IMG/VR virus record: IMGVR_UViG_3300010381_000012
Source: a virus
DNA length: 64,000 bases
Strand: one strand, 5' to 3'
Numbering within the stretch: position 1 is the first letter of the stretch; each line of letters starts with the position of its first letter. Shown here in pieces: positions 35,391 to 44,839 of this stretch. The notes below the pieces were generated by a model, which was not told where the DNA came from, did not search any database, and saw nothing but the letters and a program-made list of their open reading frames with translations. Position numbers and translations under genes: made by a program.

Positions 35391-37145
35391 CTATGCGTCC
35401 TTGTGTATGATGAGCATGGCCACGTTTACGCCAGTTCCGGCGGCCTTGAAAGAGCCTTCAGGGAGAACCCGCCACTCCTCGGCCATGGGGCGCAATGTGT
35501 TGTTTTGGCGTGGCCCGTTGGCGCACAGCGCAACCAAAGTCCCGCCCGCCTTGAGCATGCCGAACGCATGCTTGATGTGCTTGATGTCCGCGCCGTTCTC
35601 AAAGGGCGGGTTCATCACGATCCGGTCGAACGTTCCCAGGTCGCCGTTGCAGGCCAAAAAGTCGGCCTGCTTCACGGTCGCGTGCGGGTAGTCTGTGCGC
35701 AGCTTGTCAGCCAGGCCGTAGTTAATTTCAACCGCCGTCACGCGACCGCAAGGAATGGCGCGAAGCAAATTCCCCGCCCCAGCGCTCGGCTCAAGGATGG
35801 TGTGGCCTTCCTCGATGTCGGCGGCCTGGATCATCTCGGCGGCGATGTCGTGCGGCGTCGGGAACAGTTGCGGCACGGCTATGACTTCCACGGGCCCGGC
35901 CTTCACGGCCTGCTTCATGGCGGAAAAAGCCTTGTCGTCCTCGGTCGGTTCTTCGCGCGGCACACTGGCGACAATGGGGCGCGGGGTGGGCTTGGCTCTT
36001 TCAATGGGGGCCGGCCGGTCGTGGGTCTTGCTGTCGGTCAGAAACACGCAAACAAGGCTGTGACGCCGCAACGCCGTGCGCACGCGGTGCGAATTGCCAA
36101 CAACGCGCGTGCCCTTATAGTCGTTGCAAATATCGGCATATTCGGCCTTGGTCATTTCCACTTGCGGATAGTGGATCATCTCGCCCTTGTGGTAAATATT
36201 TTCGATGTCCAGCCCTTCCGGGGCACGGTAGTTGCACAAGGGGAGCGGCGCGGGCTTCTTGGGCTTCTCCAGCAACTTGGATTCGCCTTGCTCTTCCAGC
36301 ATGGCCCGCTCGTAGGCAATGCGGTTTTCGTAGTGGGCTATCCAGCGGTCATAATTGGCGATTGAGCGAGGGTAGACGCGCCGGGCTACGTCCTGAAATT
36401 CCTCAACGGACGCCGGATTATCTTGGTCCGGGTTGAGGGCGTACCACGCCGAAGTGCCGGAGGGGTTTTCATTGGTGCAGTTGATGCGGAGCCCGTAGCG
36501 GTCAGAGATGACAAGCGCCTGCTCTCGGGTAAGCCCTTCCGTGGTCCACAATTCAAGGCCTTTTTCGGCTTCGGCCTTGCTGCGTTCAACTTTGCGCTTT
36601 TCTGCCTCAAGGCCCTTGATGCGTCGGGCGCGCACGGCCGGCAGGTCCTTGTATTTGGCGGCGGCAAGCGCGCCGGCGGCCCTGGCCTGCCAGTATTGGG
36701 AGGTCTCCCACAAGTTGACGGCCTTACGCATGCCACTGTCGATACGTTCGGCGTCCTTGCGGGCATGGCGTTCGCTGTGATGACCGACAAGGATGGGCTG
36801 GCCAAGCGGGATGCCATCGGCCAGGGCGGAAACGGCATTTCGGGCGGCGTGGGCTTCCCGGGCGCGCTTGCCGCTGTAGCCATCGAAACGGTCGGCCCGC
36901 TGCTCGGCTCGGTCAACAAGGCTCGTGTCCTCGTCGCCAATCTCGCCGGCCAGCTCCAGGGCCAAATCCTCGCGGGCGGGCGTCCACATGGGAGCCACGA
37001 AAAGCTCTTGCTTCGCAGCCCACTTGTAACCGGCGGCTTTCACGCGGGCGTAGGTCTCGGAATCCAAGCGGCGCACGGGGTACAGGCGAAGCTTGTTGTC
37101 TTCTGGGGAATATGTGGCGGTCATGTCGTTCATGGTGTCAGCCTC
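35391..37145 (-). CDS. DUF3560-domain protein fused to N6-adenine-type methyltransferase
   Basis: IPLGQPILVGHHSERHAR (DUF3560); QLFPTP, ILEPSAGAG, VMNPPF. Confidence 0.88.
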   Translation of the reverse strand, partial: EADTMNDMTATYSPEDNKLRLYPVRRLDSETYARVKAAGYKWAAKQELFVAPMWTPAREDLALELAGEIGDEDTSLVDRAEQRADRFDGYSGKRAREAHAARNAVSALADGIPLGQPILVGHHSERHARKDAERIDSGMRKAVNLWETSQYWQARAAGALAAAKYKDLPAVRARRIKGLEAEKRKVERSKAEAEKGLELWTTEGLTREQALVISDRYGLRINCTNENPSGTSAWYALNPDQDNPASVEEFQDVARRVYPRSIANYDRWIAHYENRIAYERAMLEEQGESKLLEKPKKPAPLPLCNYRAPEGLDIENIYHKGEMIHYPQVEMTKAEYADICNDYKGTRVVGNSHRVRTALRRHSLVCVFLTDSKTHDRPAPIERAKPTPRPIVASVPREEPTEDDKAFSAMKQAVKAGPVEVIAVPQLFPTPHDIAAEMIQAADIEEGHTILEPSAGAGNLLRAIPCGRVTAVEINYGLADKLRTDYPHATVKQADFLACNGDLGTFDRIVMNPPFENGADIKHIKHAFGMLKAGGTLVALCANGPRQNNTLRPMAEEWRVLPEGSFKAAGTGVNVAMLIIHKDA

Positions 37146-37338
37146 TTGCCCTTTCCAAGCATTCGCGATGTCCAAAAATGCACCCTATGTAGAAAGTAAA
37201 AGGCACCCCGTCTTCGTCGACGCTGCTCCCGTATTTTGTTTGGATGTAGACGCTATCACAACGATTTCCGCATATTTCGCAATTTCCATAGCGTTCACTA
37301 CCGAATCCGGTAGGTTTTAACGTATAGGTTAAGCTCAT
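37138..37338 (-). CDS. Small Cys-containing protein
   Basis: YGNCEICG..FGHRECL. Confidence 0.6.
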   Translation of the reverse strand: MSLTYTLKPTGFGSERYGNCEICGNRCDSVYIQTKYGSSVDEDGVPFTFYIGCIFGHRECLERARG

Positions 37339-37401
37339 GAACTTGACTCCATCGATTTGCGGGCCTACCCTCTTCTTTGCTCGAGATCGGGGTAAGCCCT
37401 G

Positions 37402-37444
37402 GTTTCACTTCCAGCCCCTACCGGTTGCCGCCGGTGGGGGCTTT
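37402..37444 (-). repeat. Solitary CRISPR-repeat-like hairpin (weaker copy)
   Basis: AGCCCCCACCGG-CGGCAA-CCGGTAGGGGCT followed by GGAAGTGAAAC. Confidence 0.4.
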
Positions 37445-37606
37445 CTCGTTGGCCTCTCGTTCGGCCGCTTCCTTGCTCCACTTGAGTTGGTGCCGGGCCG
37501 CCCGGTAGCCGGCGGCGGCCAGTTCATGGTTGCCGCGCATCACGTCCATTCTCGCAAAGGCCTTATTGAGTTCGTAGGCTGTCCGGTGCTGTTTACTGGT
37601 GGCCAT
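37418..37606 (-). CDS. Small helical protein, first gene of accessory operon 1
   Basis: GGGGAG RBS; MATSKQHRTAYELNKAF. Confidence 0.65.
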   Translation of the reverse strand: MATSKQHRTAYELNKAFARMDVMRGNHELAAAGYRAARHQLKWSKEAAEREANEKAPTGGNR

Positions 37607-37661
37607 CTCTTCTCCCCTTGTCTTGTTTTCCCGGCGGGCCGTTCCCGCCCTCGTTGTAAAT

Positions 37662-37689
37662 ACAATATCAACGTAAAAATTTTTGTCAA
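37662..37689 (-). promoter_or_regulatory. Leftward sigma70-like promoter of accessory operon 1
   Basis: TTGACA-16-TATTGT with AT-rich upstream tract. Confidence 0.55.
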
Positions 37690-37840
37690 TAACTTTTTAT
37701 TAAATTCCCCCAAAAATCTCTGCTCCGAGCTCTACCCCGCCCTGTCTCCATTCCCTCCCCAAAAATATTTGCATCCGTCCGGTATTCGATGCGCACGGCC
37801 GCTCGTAGCGTGGGCAAGAAATCGCCAAGCCCCTGCAAAT

Positions 37841-37885
37841 TTTCTCATGCAGGGGGCGGCGCATGTCCATGGCGGCCCATAGCGT
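37841..37885 (+). promoter_or_regulatory. Putative late promoter 2
   Basis: TTTCTCAT-N4-GGGGCGGCGCATGTCCA-N10-TAGCGT. Confidence 0.65.
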
Positions 37886-37949
37886 GGGTTGCATCTGCAA
37901 GCAGCCGCTCGGCGTGATGCTCTGCGGCTTGATCCGGGAGGGATCGAAA

Positions 37950-38678
37950 ATGGCGTTGAAACTCGTGCTGGATACCCTGGACGGCCTCGAAGAAGGCCAG
38001 AAGGCGCTTTACGTCGAGAAAGACGGGAAGTTTCACCTCGACGTGGATGGCCTGGAAGACACTTCCGGCCTCAAATCGGCGTTGCAGAAGGAACGTGAAC
38101 GCGCCCGCGACTTCGAGAAGAAGCTTTCCGGGCTCAAGGACTTGGACCCCGAGGAATACGCTCGGCTGAAGAAGGAGGCCGAGGAACGGGCCGCCAAGCA
38201 GATGGAAGAAAAAGGCGAGTTCGACAAGCTCCGCGAGAAGTGGCGCGCCGACCAGGAAAAGAAGGAAGCCGAATTCAAGGCCAAGTTGTCCGAAAAGGAC
38301 GCCCTGCTCCGCAAGCTCCATCTTGACCGCGAGGTTCGCGAGGCCGCGCTCAAGGCCGGCGTCATCCCCGAGGACGTCGAGGACGTCATGCACCTCACCT
38401 CGCCTCGCTTCCGCATGGAAGAAGATGGCGGGATTACCGTCCTGGGAAAGGACGGCCAGCCCTCCCCCGACGACCTGAGCGCCTTCTTTGCCAAAACCTA
38501 CAAGGAAGAGCGCCCCAAATTTTACGCCGGAGCCGGCGCTTCCGGCGGCGGCGCTCCGCAGCCCAGAGGCAACCAGCAGGGTGCCCCGCAAACCATCCTC
38601 GCCAGCGACATGAAGGCCTTTGGGGCCAACCTGGAGGACATCGCTGCGGGAAAAATCTCCGTCCAGCCTCAGTCCTAA
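37950..38678 (+). CDS. Capsid scaffold protein
   Basis: LYVEKDGKFHLDV..GLKSALQKER coiled coil; GASGGGA tail. Confidence 0.88.
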   Translation: MALKLVLDTLDGLEEGQKALYVEKDGKFHLDVDGLEDTSGLKSALQKERERARDFEKKLSGLKDLDPEEYARLKKEAEERAAKQMEEKGEFDKLREKWRADQEKKEAEFKAKLSEKDALLRKLHLDREVREAALKAGVIPEDVEDVMHLTSPRFRMEEDGGITVLGKDGQPSPDDLSAFFAKTYKEERPKFYAGAGASGGGAPQPRGNQQGAPQTILASDMKAFGANLEDIAAGKISVQPQS

Positions 38679-38710
38679 GCGCCGCAGGTGGACGGGAAAG
38701 GATCTGACAA

Positions 38711-39865
38711 ATGCCCAACGTCAATACGCTCACCAAGGTCGTCCCGCAGATTCTTGCCCAGGGCCTTCTGACCCTGCGCCAGACCTGCGTCATGCCGCGT
38801 TTGGTCAACGGAAGCTACGGTATCGATGCCGCCAAGCAGGGCGCAACCATTGATATCCCCGTCCCGTCCGCCATTTCCACCAACGCCGTCACCCCGAGCT
38901 ACGTAGCCCCGGATGACGCCGGCGTGACCCTGGACACGGTTCCCCTGGCCATGGACCAGTGGCGTGAGGCCCCCTTCTTTCTGTCCGACAAGGACATGAT
39001 GGAAGCCATGGGCGGCGTGATCCCCATGCAGGCCGCCGAAGCCGTCAAGGGGCTGGCCAACTTCGTGGACGCCTATCTGCTCGGCCTCTACACGGGCATT
39101 TACGGCCTCGTCGGCACACCCGGCACCACGCCGTTTGCCACCGATGTGACCGCTGCCACCGCCGCCCGCAAGGTGCTCAACAACCAGCTTGCCCCCATGG
39201 GCGACCGCCGTTTCGTCTTCGACGCCGACTGCGAGGCCAATGCGCTTGGCCTGCGCGCCTTCCAGGACGTTTCCTGGACCGGCGACGCCCAGGGCATCAA
39301 CGAAGGCAACATCGTCCGCAAGCTCGGGTTCAACTGGTTCCTGGACCAGAACGTGCCGACACATACCGCCGGCTCCATCACCACCGGCCTTATCGCCAAG
39401 GCGTCCACCGCCCAGGCCGTCGGGGCGAAGTCCATCACCTGCACCACCGCCGCCTCCACCGGCGCGTGCGCCCTCAAGGCTGGCGACATCATCACCTTCG
39501 CCGGCCAGGATCAAACCTACGTCGTTACCGAAGATGCTACCCAGGCCGCTGCTGCCACGGACGTCACCGTGAAGATCGAACCCGGGCTCCAGAAGGCCCT
39601 GGCCGGCTCCGAGGCTGCGACCGTCAAGGCGTCCCACGTGGTCAACATGGCCTTCCACCGCGACGCCATCGCCTTCGCCAACCGGCCGCTGATGGATTCC
39701 GCCGATGGCCTCGGAAATATCATCCAGAGCGCCCAGGACCCGGTTTCCGGCCTGTCCCTGCGCCTGGAGATTTCCCGGCAGCATAAGCGGACCCGTTGGT
39801 CCTACGACATCCTGTTCGGCGCGGCCCTGGTGCGCCCGGAACTGGCCTGCCGCGTCGCCGGCTAG
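38711..39865 (+). CDS. Major capsid protein (P22 coat-like)
   Basis: GATIDIPVP; MAFHRDAIAFANRPL; YDILFG..VRPELACRVAG. Confidence 0.93.
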   Translation: MPNVNTLTKVVPQILAQGLLTLRQTCVMPRLVNGSYGIDAAKQGATIDIPVPSAISTNAVTPSYVAPDDAGVTLDTVPLAMDQWREAPFFLSDKDMMEAMGGVIPMQAAEAVKGLANFVDAYLLGLYTGIYGLVGTPGTTPFATDVTAATAARKVLNNQLAPMGDRRFVFDADCEANALGLRAFQDVSWTGDAQGINEGNIVRKLGFNWFLDQNVPTHTAGSITTGLIAKASTAQAVGAKSITCTTAASTGACALKAGDIITFAGQDQTYVVTEDATQAAAATDVTVKIEPGLQKALAGSEAATVKASHVVNMAFHRDAIAFANRPLMDSADGLGNIIQSAQDPVSGLSLRLEISRQHKRTRWSYDILFGAALVRPELACRVAG

Positions 39866-39921
39866 GCCCGACCATAGAGCGGCGGGCGATCTAAGGGGTG
39901 CCCGCCGCAAAGGAGAACGCC

Positions 39922-40182
39922 ATGCGCGGAATCAAGACCATCCGCATTGAGCACGAGGGTTTCCCTGACGGGATGCTCATCAATGAAGACGATTTCGACC
40001 CGAAAGAACACACCAAATTCGGCGAGGCCGCCGAAGCGGAGCCCAAGGCTCTCGCCGACATGACCACCGCCCAGATGCGCGCCTACGCCAAGGAGAAGGG
40101 CATTACCCTCGGGGCCGACGCCACCACCAAGGACGCCGTTCTGGCCGTGATCCAGGCCGCCGAAGCGGAGCCCAAGGCGTAG
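39922..40182 (+). CDS. Small head protein with HeH/LEM-like domain
   Basis: MTTAQMRAYAKEKGITL..TKDAVL. Confidence 0.7.
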   Translation: MRGIKTIRIEHEGFPDGMLINEDDFDPKEHTKFGEAAEAEPKALADMTTAQMRAYAKEKGITLGADATTKDAVLAVIQAAEAEPKA

Positions 40183-40185
40183 CCC

Positions 40186-40716
40186 ATGGCGCTCGTCGTC
40201 GAAACAGGGGCCGGCGTCCAGGGCGCCAACACATTCGCGGATGTGGCCTATGCCGACGCCTATTTCGCCGCGTCCGGGGAAGCGACATGGGCCGGTGAGA
40301 ATGCGGCCAAAGAGGCCGTTCTTGTCCGGGCGGGGCGCTACCTGAATGGCCTTCGCTGGATCGGCGACAAGGTTGACCGCGTCCGACAGGCCATGTGCTG
40401 GCCACGGTATGACGTGCCCCTGCCTGGCGATTCCGGCGCGAACTACCTGCGTTCCTACTACGTCAATTGCTGGCCCTCCAACGAGATCCCCGAGGCCGTC
40501 AAACAGGCCCAATGCGAAGCCGCCCTGCGCTACCTCGCCGGCACGGACATGCTGCCGGACCTGGAGCGCGGCGGCCAGGTGGTCATGGAGCGCGTGGACG
40601 TCATCACCACGCAATACGCCAACGGCGCGCCGGCCGGAACGCGGTTCTTGGCGGTTGAGGCCCTGCTGCGGCCGTTTTTGAAGTCGAGCGCCAGCGTCAC
40701 GCTGGTGCGGGGGTAG
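40186..40716 (+). CDS. Head-tail adaptor (DnaT-like)
   Basis: MALVVETG.GV.GANTFADVA..QAMCWPR..IPEAVKQAQCE. Confidence 0.88.
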   Translation: MALVVETGAGVQGANTFADVAYADAYFAASGEATWAGENAAKEAVLVRAGRYLNGLRWIGDKVDRVRQAMCWPRYDVPLPGDSGANYLRSYYVNCWPSNEIPEAVKQAQCEAALRYLAGTDMLPDLERGGQVVMERVDVITTQYANGAPAGTRFLAVEALLRPFLKSSASVTLVRG

Positions 40717-40718
40717 CC

Positions 40719-41000
40719 ATGGGCATTGAGCGCTACGTCAGGGTCGAGTCGGAAAGCACCACCAGGCAAATGCGCGTGGTCGATCCAGCCACCGGTGCCG
40801 CCATCCCCGGCGTGTGCAACATGACCATCCACATCCGTGACCACGAGGGGAAGCTGCTCCCCGTCCCGAAGGCCGTCATCGAGCTTTACTGCCGCGTGGA
40901 CGTTGTGGCCGCCCTTGAGGTCCTGCCGAAGGAATGGCCGGGCAAGGACGCCGTGGATGGAATGCCGGAAGAAATCACGAACGTGAGAGCGCCGGAATGA
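40719..41000 (+). CDS. Hypothetical protein
   Basis: Coupled ORF. Confidence 0.6.
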   Translation: MGIERYVRVESESTTRQMRVVDPATGAAIPGVCNMTIHIRDHEGKLLPVPKAVIELYCRVDVVAALEVLPKEWPGKDAVDGMPEEITNVRAPE

Positions 41001-41368
41001 CCACCTACAAACCAGTCGCCCTCAAGTCCTACCACGGGTTCGAGAACAAATTTCGTAGCGGGAACAGGGTGTGGCTTGTCTCCGTTTTGATCGACCGGGC
41101 CAAGGCGCTTGAGCCTTTCGACCTCCCGCTTGTGGCTCTTTTCGTCGGCCAGCACGTTTGGGACCCGATCGAGTCGGCCGTTGACCTTGCCGCGCACATG
41201 AAGCGTGTCATGGCCGCCGACATGGATTGCCCCATCATCCTCGACGCCGAGGGCTTCGTCATGGACGGCTGGCACCGCATCACCCGGGCCTTGGTCGAGG
41301 GGTGCGCCACTATTCGGGCCGTGCGGTTCAACGAGACGCCGCCGTGTGACTATGTGGAAGGAGAATAG
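40997..41368 (+). CDS. Minimal ParB/Srx-like protein
   Basis: PIIL..G.VMDGWHRITRA. Confidence 0.75.
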   Translation: MTTYKPVALKSYHGFENKFRSGNRVWLVSVLIDRAKALEPFDLPLVALFVGQHVWDPIESAVDLAAHMKRVMAADMDCPIILDAEGFVMDGWHRITRALVEGCATIRAVRFNETPPCDYVEGE

Positions 41369-41370
41369 GC

Positions 41371-41862
41371 ATGGGATACGATTCGACAGCCGCAACACAA
41401 GCCCACATCATGCGCGTGGGGGAACTCATTTCCTTTGTTGTTTCGGAGCTTCTCAAGAGGTCGTCCGCCCACGACAAGAGCAAGCTCGAAGAGCCCGAGA
41501 AGGGCATCTTCGACGTCTTTACCCCTAAACTCAGGGACGTGACCTATGGGAGCGAGGGATACAAGGCCTTTATGGCGGAGATGAGGGTTGCCATTGAGCA
41601 TCATCATCTCAGCAACAGGCACCATCCCGAGTTTTTCAATGGCCCCGAGTGGGGTGGCAATCGCGGTATTGAAGCGATGAACCTCGTGGATCTGGTCGAG
41701 ATGATCTGCGACTGGGTAGCCGCTTCGGAAAGGCATGCAGACGGCGACCCCATCAGGTCTGTCGAGGTCAACAAGGAGCGATTCGGCTATTCCGCCGACT
41801 TGGCTTCGATCCTGGCGAACACCGTCCGGGCCATCAAAGCCGGGGATAGCTCGAAGGTCTAA
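41371..41862 (+). CDS. HD-type hydrolase (DUF5662-like)
   Basis: HDKSKLE; HHH..NRHHPE; DLVEMICDW. Confidence 0.8.
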   Translation: MGYDSTAATQAHIMRVGELISFVVSELLKRSSAHDKSKLEEPEKGIFDVFTPKLRDVTYGSEGYKAFMAEMRVAIEHHHLSNRHHPEFFNGPEWGGNRGIEAMNLVDLVEMICDWVAASERHADGDPIRSVEVNKERFGYSADLASILANTVRAIKAGDSSKV

Positions 41863-41867
41863 GCCCC

Positions 41868-42236
41868 ATGAACTACGCTGCTATCGCCGTCCGGTCTGCC
41901 GCCCAAATCAAGGCCAAGGGCCAGCCCATCACCATCACCCGCGCGCAAGAGGGCCCCGGCGAGTTCGACCCGACGACCGGGGCTTACAAGCCGACCACCC
42001 CGCTCACTTTCACCGGCTACGCCATCGCTACCAGTTACCGCCAGGACTTGGTTGACGGAACGCTCATCCAGCAGGGCGACAAGCTTTTCACCGTGGCCGC
42101 GTCCGCTTTGGGATGTACGCCCATGACCTCGGACACGCTGACGGACGCCGGCGGCGACGTCTGGTCCGTCCAAAACGTGGACATCGTGTCCCCGGGCGGC
42201 GTGGCGCTGCTCTACAAGGTCCAGGGGAGGAAATAG
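41868..42236 (+). CDS. Head-closure protein
   Basis: GEFDPTTG..VDGTLIQQGD..P..ALLYKVQGRK. Confidence 0.82.
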   Translation: MNYAAIAVRSAAQIKAKGQPITITRAQEGPGEFDPTTGAYKPTTPLTFTGYAIATSYRQDLVDGTLIQQGDKLFTVAASALGCTPMTSDTLTDAGGDVWSVQNVDIVSPGGVALLYKVQGRK

Positions 42237-42238
42237 CC

Positions 42239-42364
42239 ATGCTTCATGATTTTATCAATCTGACTTGGTTAGCTTTCGCCATAAAGCATCCCGTCCTCAG
42301 CGTTATTTCCCTTGGCCTCTTCCTTGCCGTAAGCGCCATCGTTTTTTGGTGGGAGAGCAAATAG
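42239..42364 (+). CDS. Membrane micropeptide
   Basis: 41 aa hydrophobic; GGAGG RBS. Confidence 0.55.
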   Translation: MLHDFINLTWLAFAIKHPVLSVISLGLFLAVSAIVFWWESK

Positions 42365-42793
42365 ATGCAGGCCAACCTTCAATCCAGCGCCGACGCCTTC
42401 GGGCGGGCCCTGCAAGAGATGGTGGATTCCGTGGAGACGGATTTCCGGGCTGTCGTTCGCGCAGCCATTCTTAAGCTCATGGTGACCCTCACAGAAGAAA
42501 ACCCCAAGGACACTGTCCGATGCGCTGCGTCATGGATGGTCGGACCGGATTGGACGGACTGGAAAGAGCCACCTGGAGACTACAAGGGCATGGACCTTGC
42601 CGCCAAGGTACAGCAGATAGTCGCCGCGCTCCCTGATTCCGACGTCTACGTGCTCTACAACAACATCGAATATCTCATGGCGCTTGAGGATGGGCATTCC
42701 GAGCACGCCCCGTCCGGCTTCATCGCCAACGCCATGCTGGCCTTCGCCGAACACGTTCAAGGGGAGGCTCAAAGCCGGGGGTACTCGGCATGA
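42365..42793 (+). CDS. HK97 gp10-like neck protein
   Basis: PKDT..SW; YNNIEY..LEDGHS..APSG. Confidence 0.85.
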   Translation: MQANLQSSADAFGRALQEMVDSVETDFRAVVRAAILKLMVTLTEENPKDTVRCAASWMVGPDWTDWKEPPGDYKGMDLAAKVQQIVAALPDSDVYVLYNNIEYLMALEDGHSEHAPSGFIANAMLAFAEHVQGEAQSRGYSA

Positions 42794-43206
42794 CCGATGA
42801 CGCCATTCTCAGGGTCCTCCAGGCCTACTTCTACGCCAATTGGACAGCCACACCTGCTGCCTACGACAATCTTCCCTTCACGCCACCTGCTGACGGGAAA
42901 TGGGTCAGATTCACCGTTGTTCTGGGCCCATCTTTTTCCGACGAGGTGGGGCCTGATGCTTCAAGCCATAGCAACGGCGTGGTCAAGGTCCAGGTATTCA
43001 CCCCGGAAGGATGCGGCGTGCAGGTCGGGGCAGCCTTAAGTTCCCAGGTCAAAGCTCTTTTTAAGGGCAAAGACGTGGACGAGGTATTTTTTGCGCCAGG
43101 GGACAAGCCAGGTCAAGAAGGCCCGTCCACCAGGGATAACGGCGTCACGAACGGAAACCAGCAACACACCGTCACATGCCCTTTCTGGGTGCAGGACGGG
43201 GAGTAA
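42790..43206 (+). CDS. Tail terminator protein
   Basis: YDNLPF.PP..WVRF; GVVKVQVFTP.G.G. Confidence 0.82.
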   Translation: MTDDAILRVLQAYFYANWTATPAAYDNLPFTPPADGKWVRFTVVLGPSFSDEVGPDASSHSNGVVKVQVFTPEGCGVQVGAALSSQVKALFKGKDVDEVFFAPGDKPGQEGPSTRDNGVTNGNQQHTVTCPFWVQDGE

Positions 43207-43216
43207 GGAGAGCGTC

Positions 43217-43393
43217 ATGAACGCCCAGGAAATCCGCGACAAGGCCAACGCCCTTGGCGACGTCGTCAAGGGGCTTGTCGAGCGGTTCGAGGACGAGACG
43301 GACACGACGGTGACCGACTTGGCCATGGTCCGCGTCGAGTACCCCTTGCGTGATGAACTCGTGTGCATCCAGGTCGGCGTGAAGGTGCTGTGA
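43217..43393 (+). CDS. Hypothetical protein
   Basis: AGGAG RBS. Confidence 0.55.
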   Translation: MNAQEIRDKANALGDVVKGLVERFEDETDTTVTDLAMVRVEYPLRDELVCIQVGVKVL

Positions 43394-43587
43394 TGGACTA
43401 CTTTTCCGACTTTTCGATCACCCCGCCACCGGGCTCCGTGCTGGTCAAGCACACCTGCCCCGCTTGCGACCGGATGATCGAGGAGTCCGAACCCAAGTTT
43501 GCCCGTGTCGTTTGCCCCCGCTGCGGCGAACGCATCGTTTTCAGGGGGGGCGTGGCCGTCGAGCACCGGCCGAAACGCCGGCAGTAA
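43393..43587 (+). CDS. Com-like CxxC/CxxC zinc-finger protein
   Basis: TCPACD..VVCPRCG. Confidence 0.6.
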   Translation: MDYFSDFSITPPPGSVLVKHTCPACDRMIEESEPKFARVVCPRCGERIVFRGGVAVEHRPKRRQ

Positions 43588-43675
43588 CCGCGCCCCGTCC
43601 CGTTGAGCCCCGGAGCCTCTTGAAGGCCGGAGGGCCTGGAACAACCAGGAACTTCGACTTTTCGAGGAGGCTACC

Positions 43676-44839
43676 ATGGCCATCGAAGAAACCATCGCCA
43701 GAGGCAGAGAGTTCGGCTTCTTCTGCGTGGCGGAACCCACCAGGGGCGGCTTGACCTTCCCGGCCTCGACCGATGCTGTCCTGGCCGCTGGCTTCCCGGA
43801 CATGAACCAGAACCCGAGCTACACGGACTCGGAGGAAATCCAGACCGGTACCCGTGGCCTGGTCGAACAGTTTCAGGACATGACGCCTGCCGGCACAACG
43901 CCGTTCAAGATGTACGCCCGCCCGAGCGGTACGCCCGGGACTGTCCCTATGGGTGACGCGGTCCTGCGCTCCATGTTCGGGAAGCAAACGGTCAACGCGG
44001 GTATCTCTGTCGTCTACTCGCCGGCCATCGACAAGCCCAGCTTCTCCACATGGTATCGACGCGGTCCGGCCCTCTTTTTCGCGCGCGGCTGCGTCGTGGA
44101 CCAAGGCAAGGTGAGCGCCGTCAACAAGGGTGGCGTCGCCCTCGACATGAACGTGCAGTTCATGGAGATGGGCTGGTGCGGCCTGGACGACCTGGCTGCC
44201 GATGCGGCTTTCGACGCCGCCGCCATCACCGTGAGCCACCCGAAGCGGTACAAGGCCGGCGGCCGGATCTACAACAAGACCCAGAACGACAGCGCGACCA
44301 ACGGCTACGAGATCACCGCCGTCAATTACGATACCGGCGTGCTGAGCATCTCGCCCAACATCGTCGCCGCCGGCGGCTGGGCCACGGGTGACGTCATCCG
44401 GGGCTATCTGCCCACGCCGACCAAAATCGGCAAGCCCATCGAGTGCCGCAAGACCTCGATCACGATCGGCGGCGCCACCACGCGGCTCATGTCGCTCGAT
44501 ACCACCTTTGCGGACAAGATCCAGATGGTGGACGACGAGATCACCGAAAGCGGCTTCCCCGAGGACTACGGCGAGGACGCCCGTAAGGTGTCCGGAACGA
44601 TCAAGGGGCACTTGCGCCCGGCCGCCGTGGACAAGTTCAAGGACGGCTTCGACGGCTTGGAACAGGCCATCGTCGTCAACTTCGGGAACGTCGCCGGCTA
44701 CATCCTCCAGCAGGATATGGCGCGCTGCCGCATCCAGGTCCCGAAGCTCACCAACAACGGCCCGTTTGTTGACTGGTCCACCGACTATGCCGGCCTCGAG
44801 GTCAACGGCGAAGACTCCATGATCTGGACCTTCAAGTAG
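43676..44839 (+). CDS. Major tail tube protein
   Basis: 387 aa; strong coding bias; RKVSGTI; located between terminator and chaperone genes. Confidence 0.85.
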   Translation: MAIEETIARGREFGFFCVAEPTRGGLTFPASTDAVLAAGFPDMNQNPSYTDSEEIQTGTRGLVEQFQDMTPAGTTPFKMYARPSGTPGTVPMGDAVLRSMFGKQTVNAGISVVYSPAIDKPSFSTWYRRGPALFFARGCVVDQGKVSAVNKGGVALDMNVQFMEMGWCGLDDLAADAAFDAAAITVSHPKRYKAGGRIYNKTQNDSATNGYEITAVNYDTGVLSISPNIVAAGGWATGDVIRGYLPTPTKIGKPIECRKTSITIGGATTRLMSLDTTFADKIQMVDDEITESGFPEDYGEDARKVSGTIKGHLRPAAVDKFKDGFDGLEQAIVVNFGNVAGYILQQDMARCRIQVPKLTNNGPFVDWSTDYAGLEVNGEDSMIWTFK

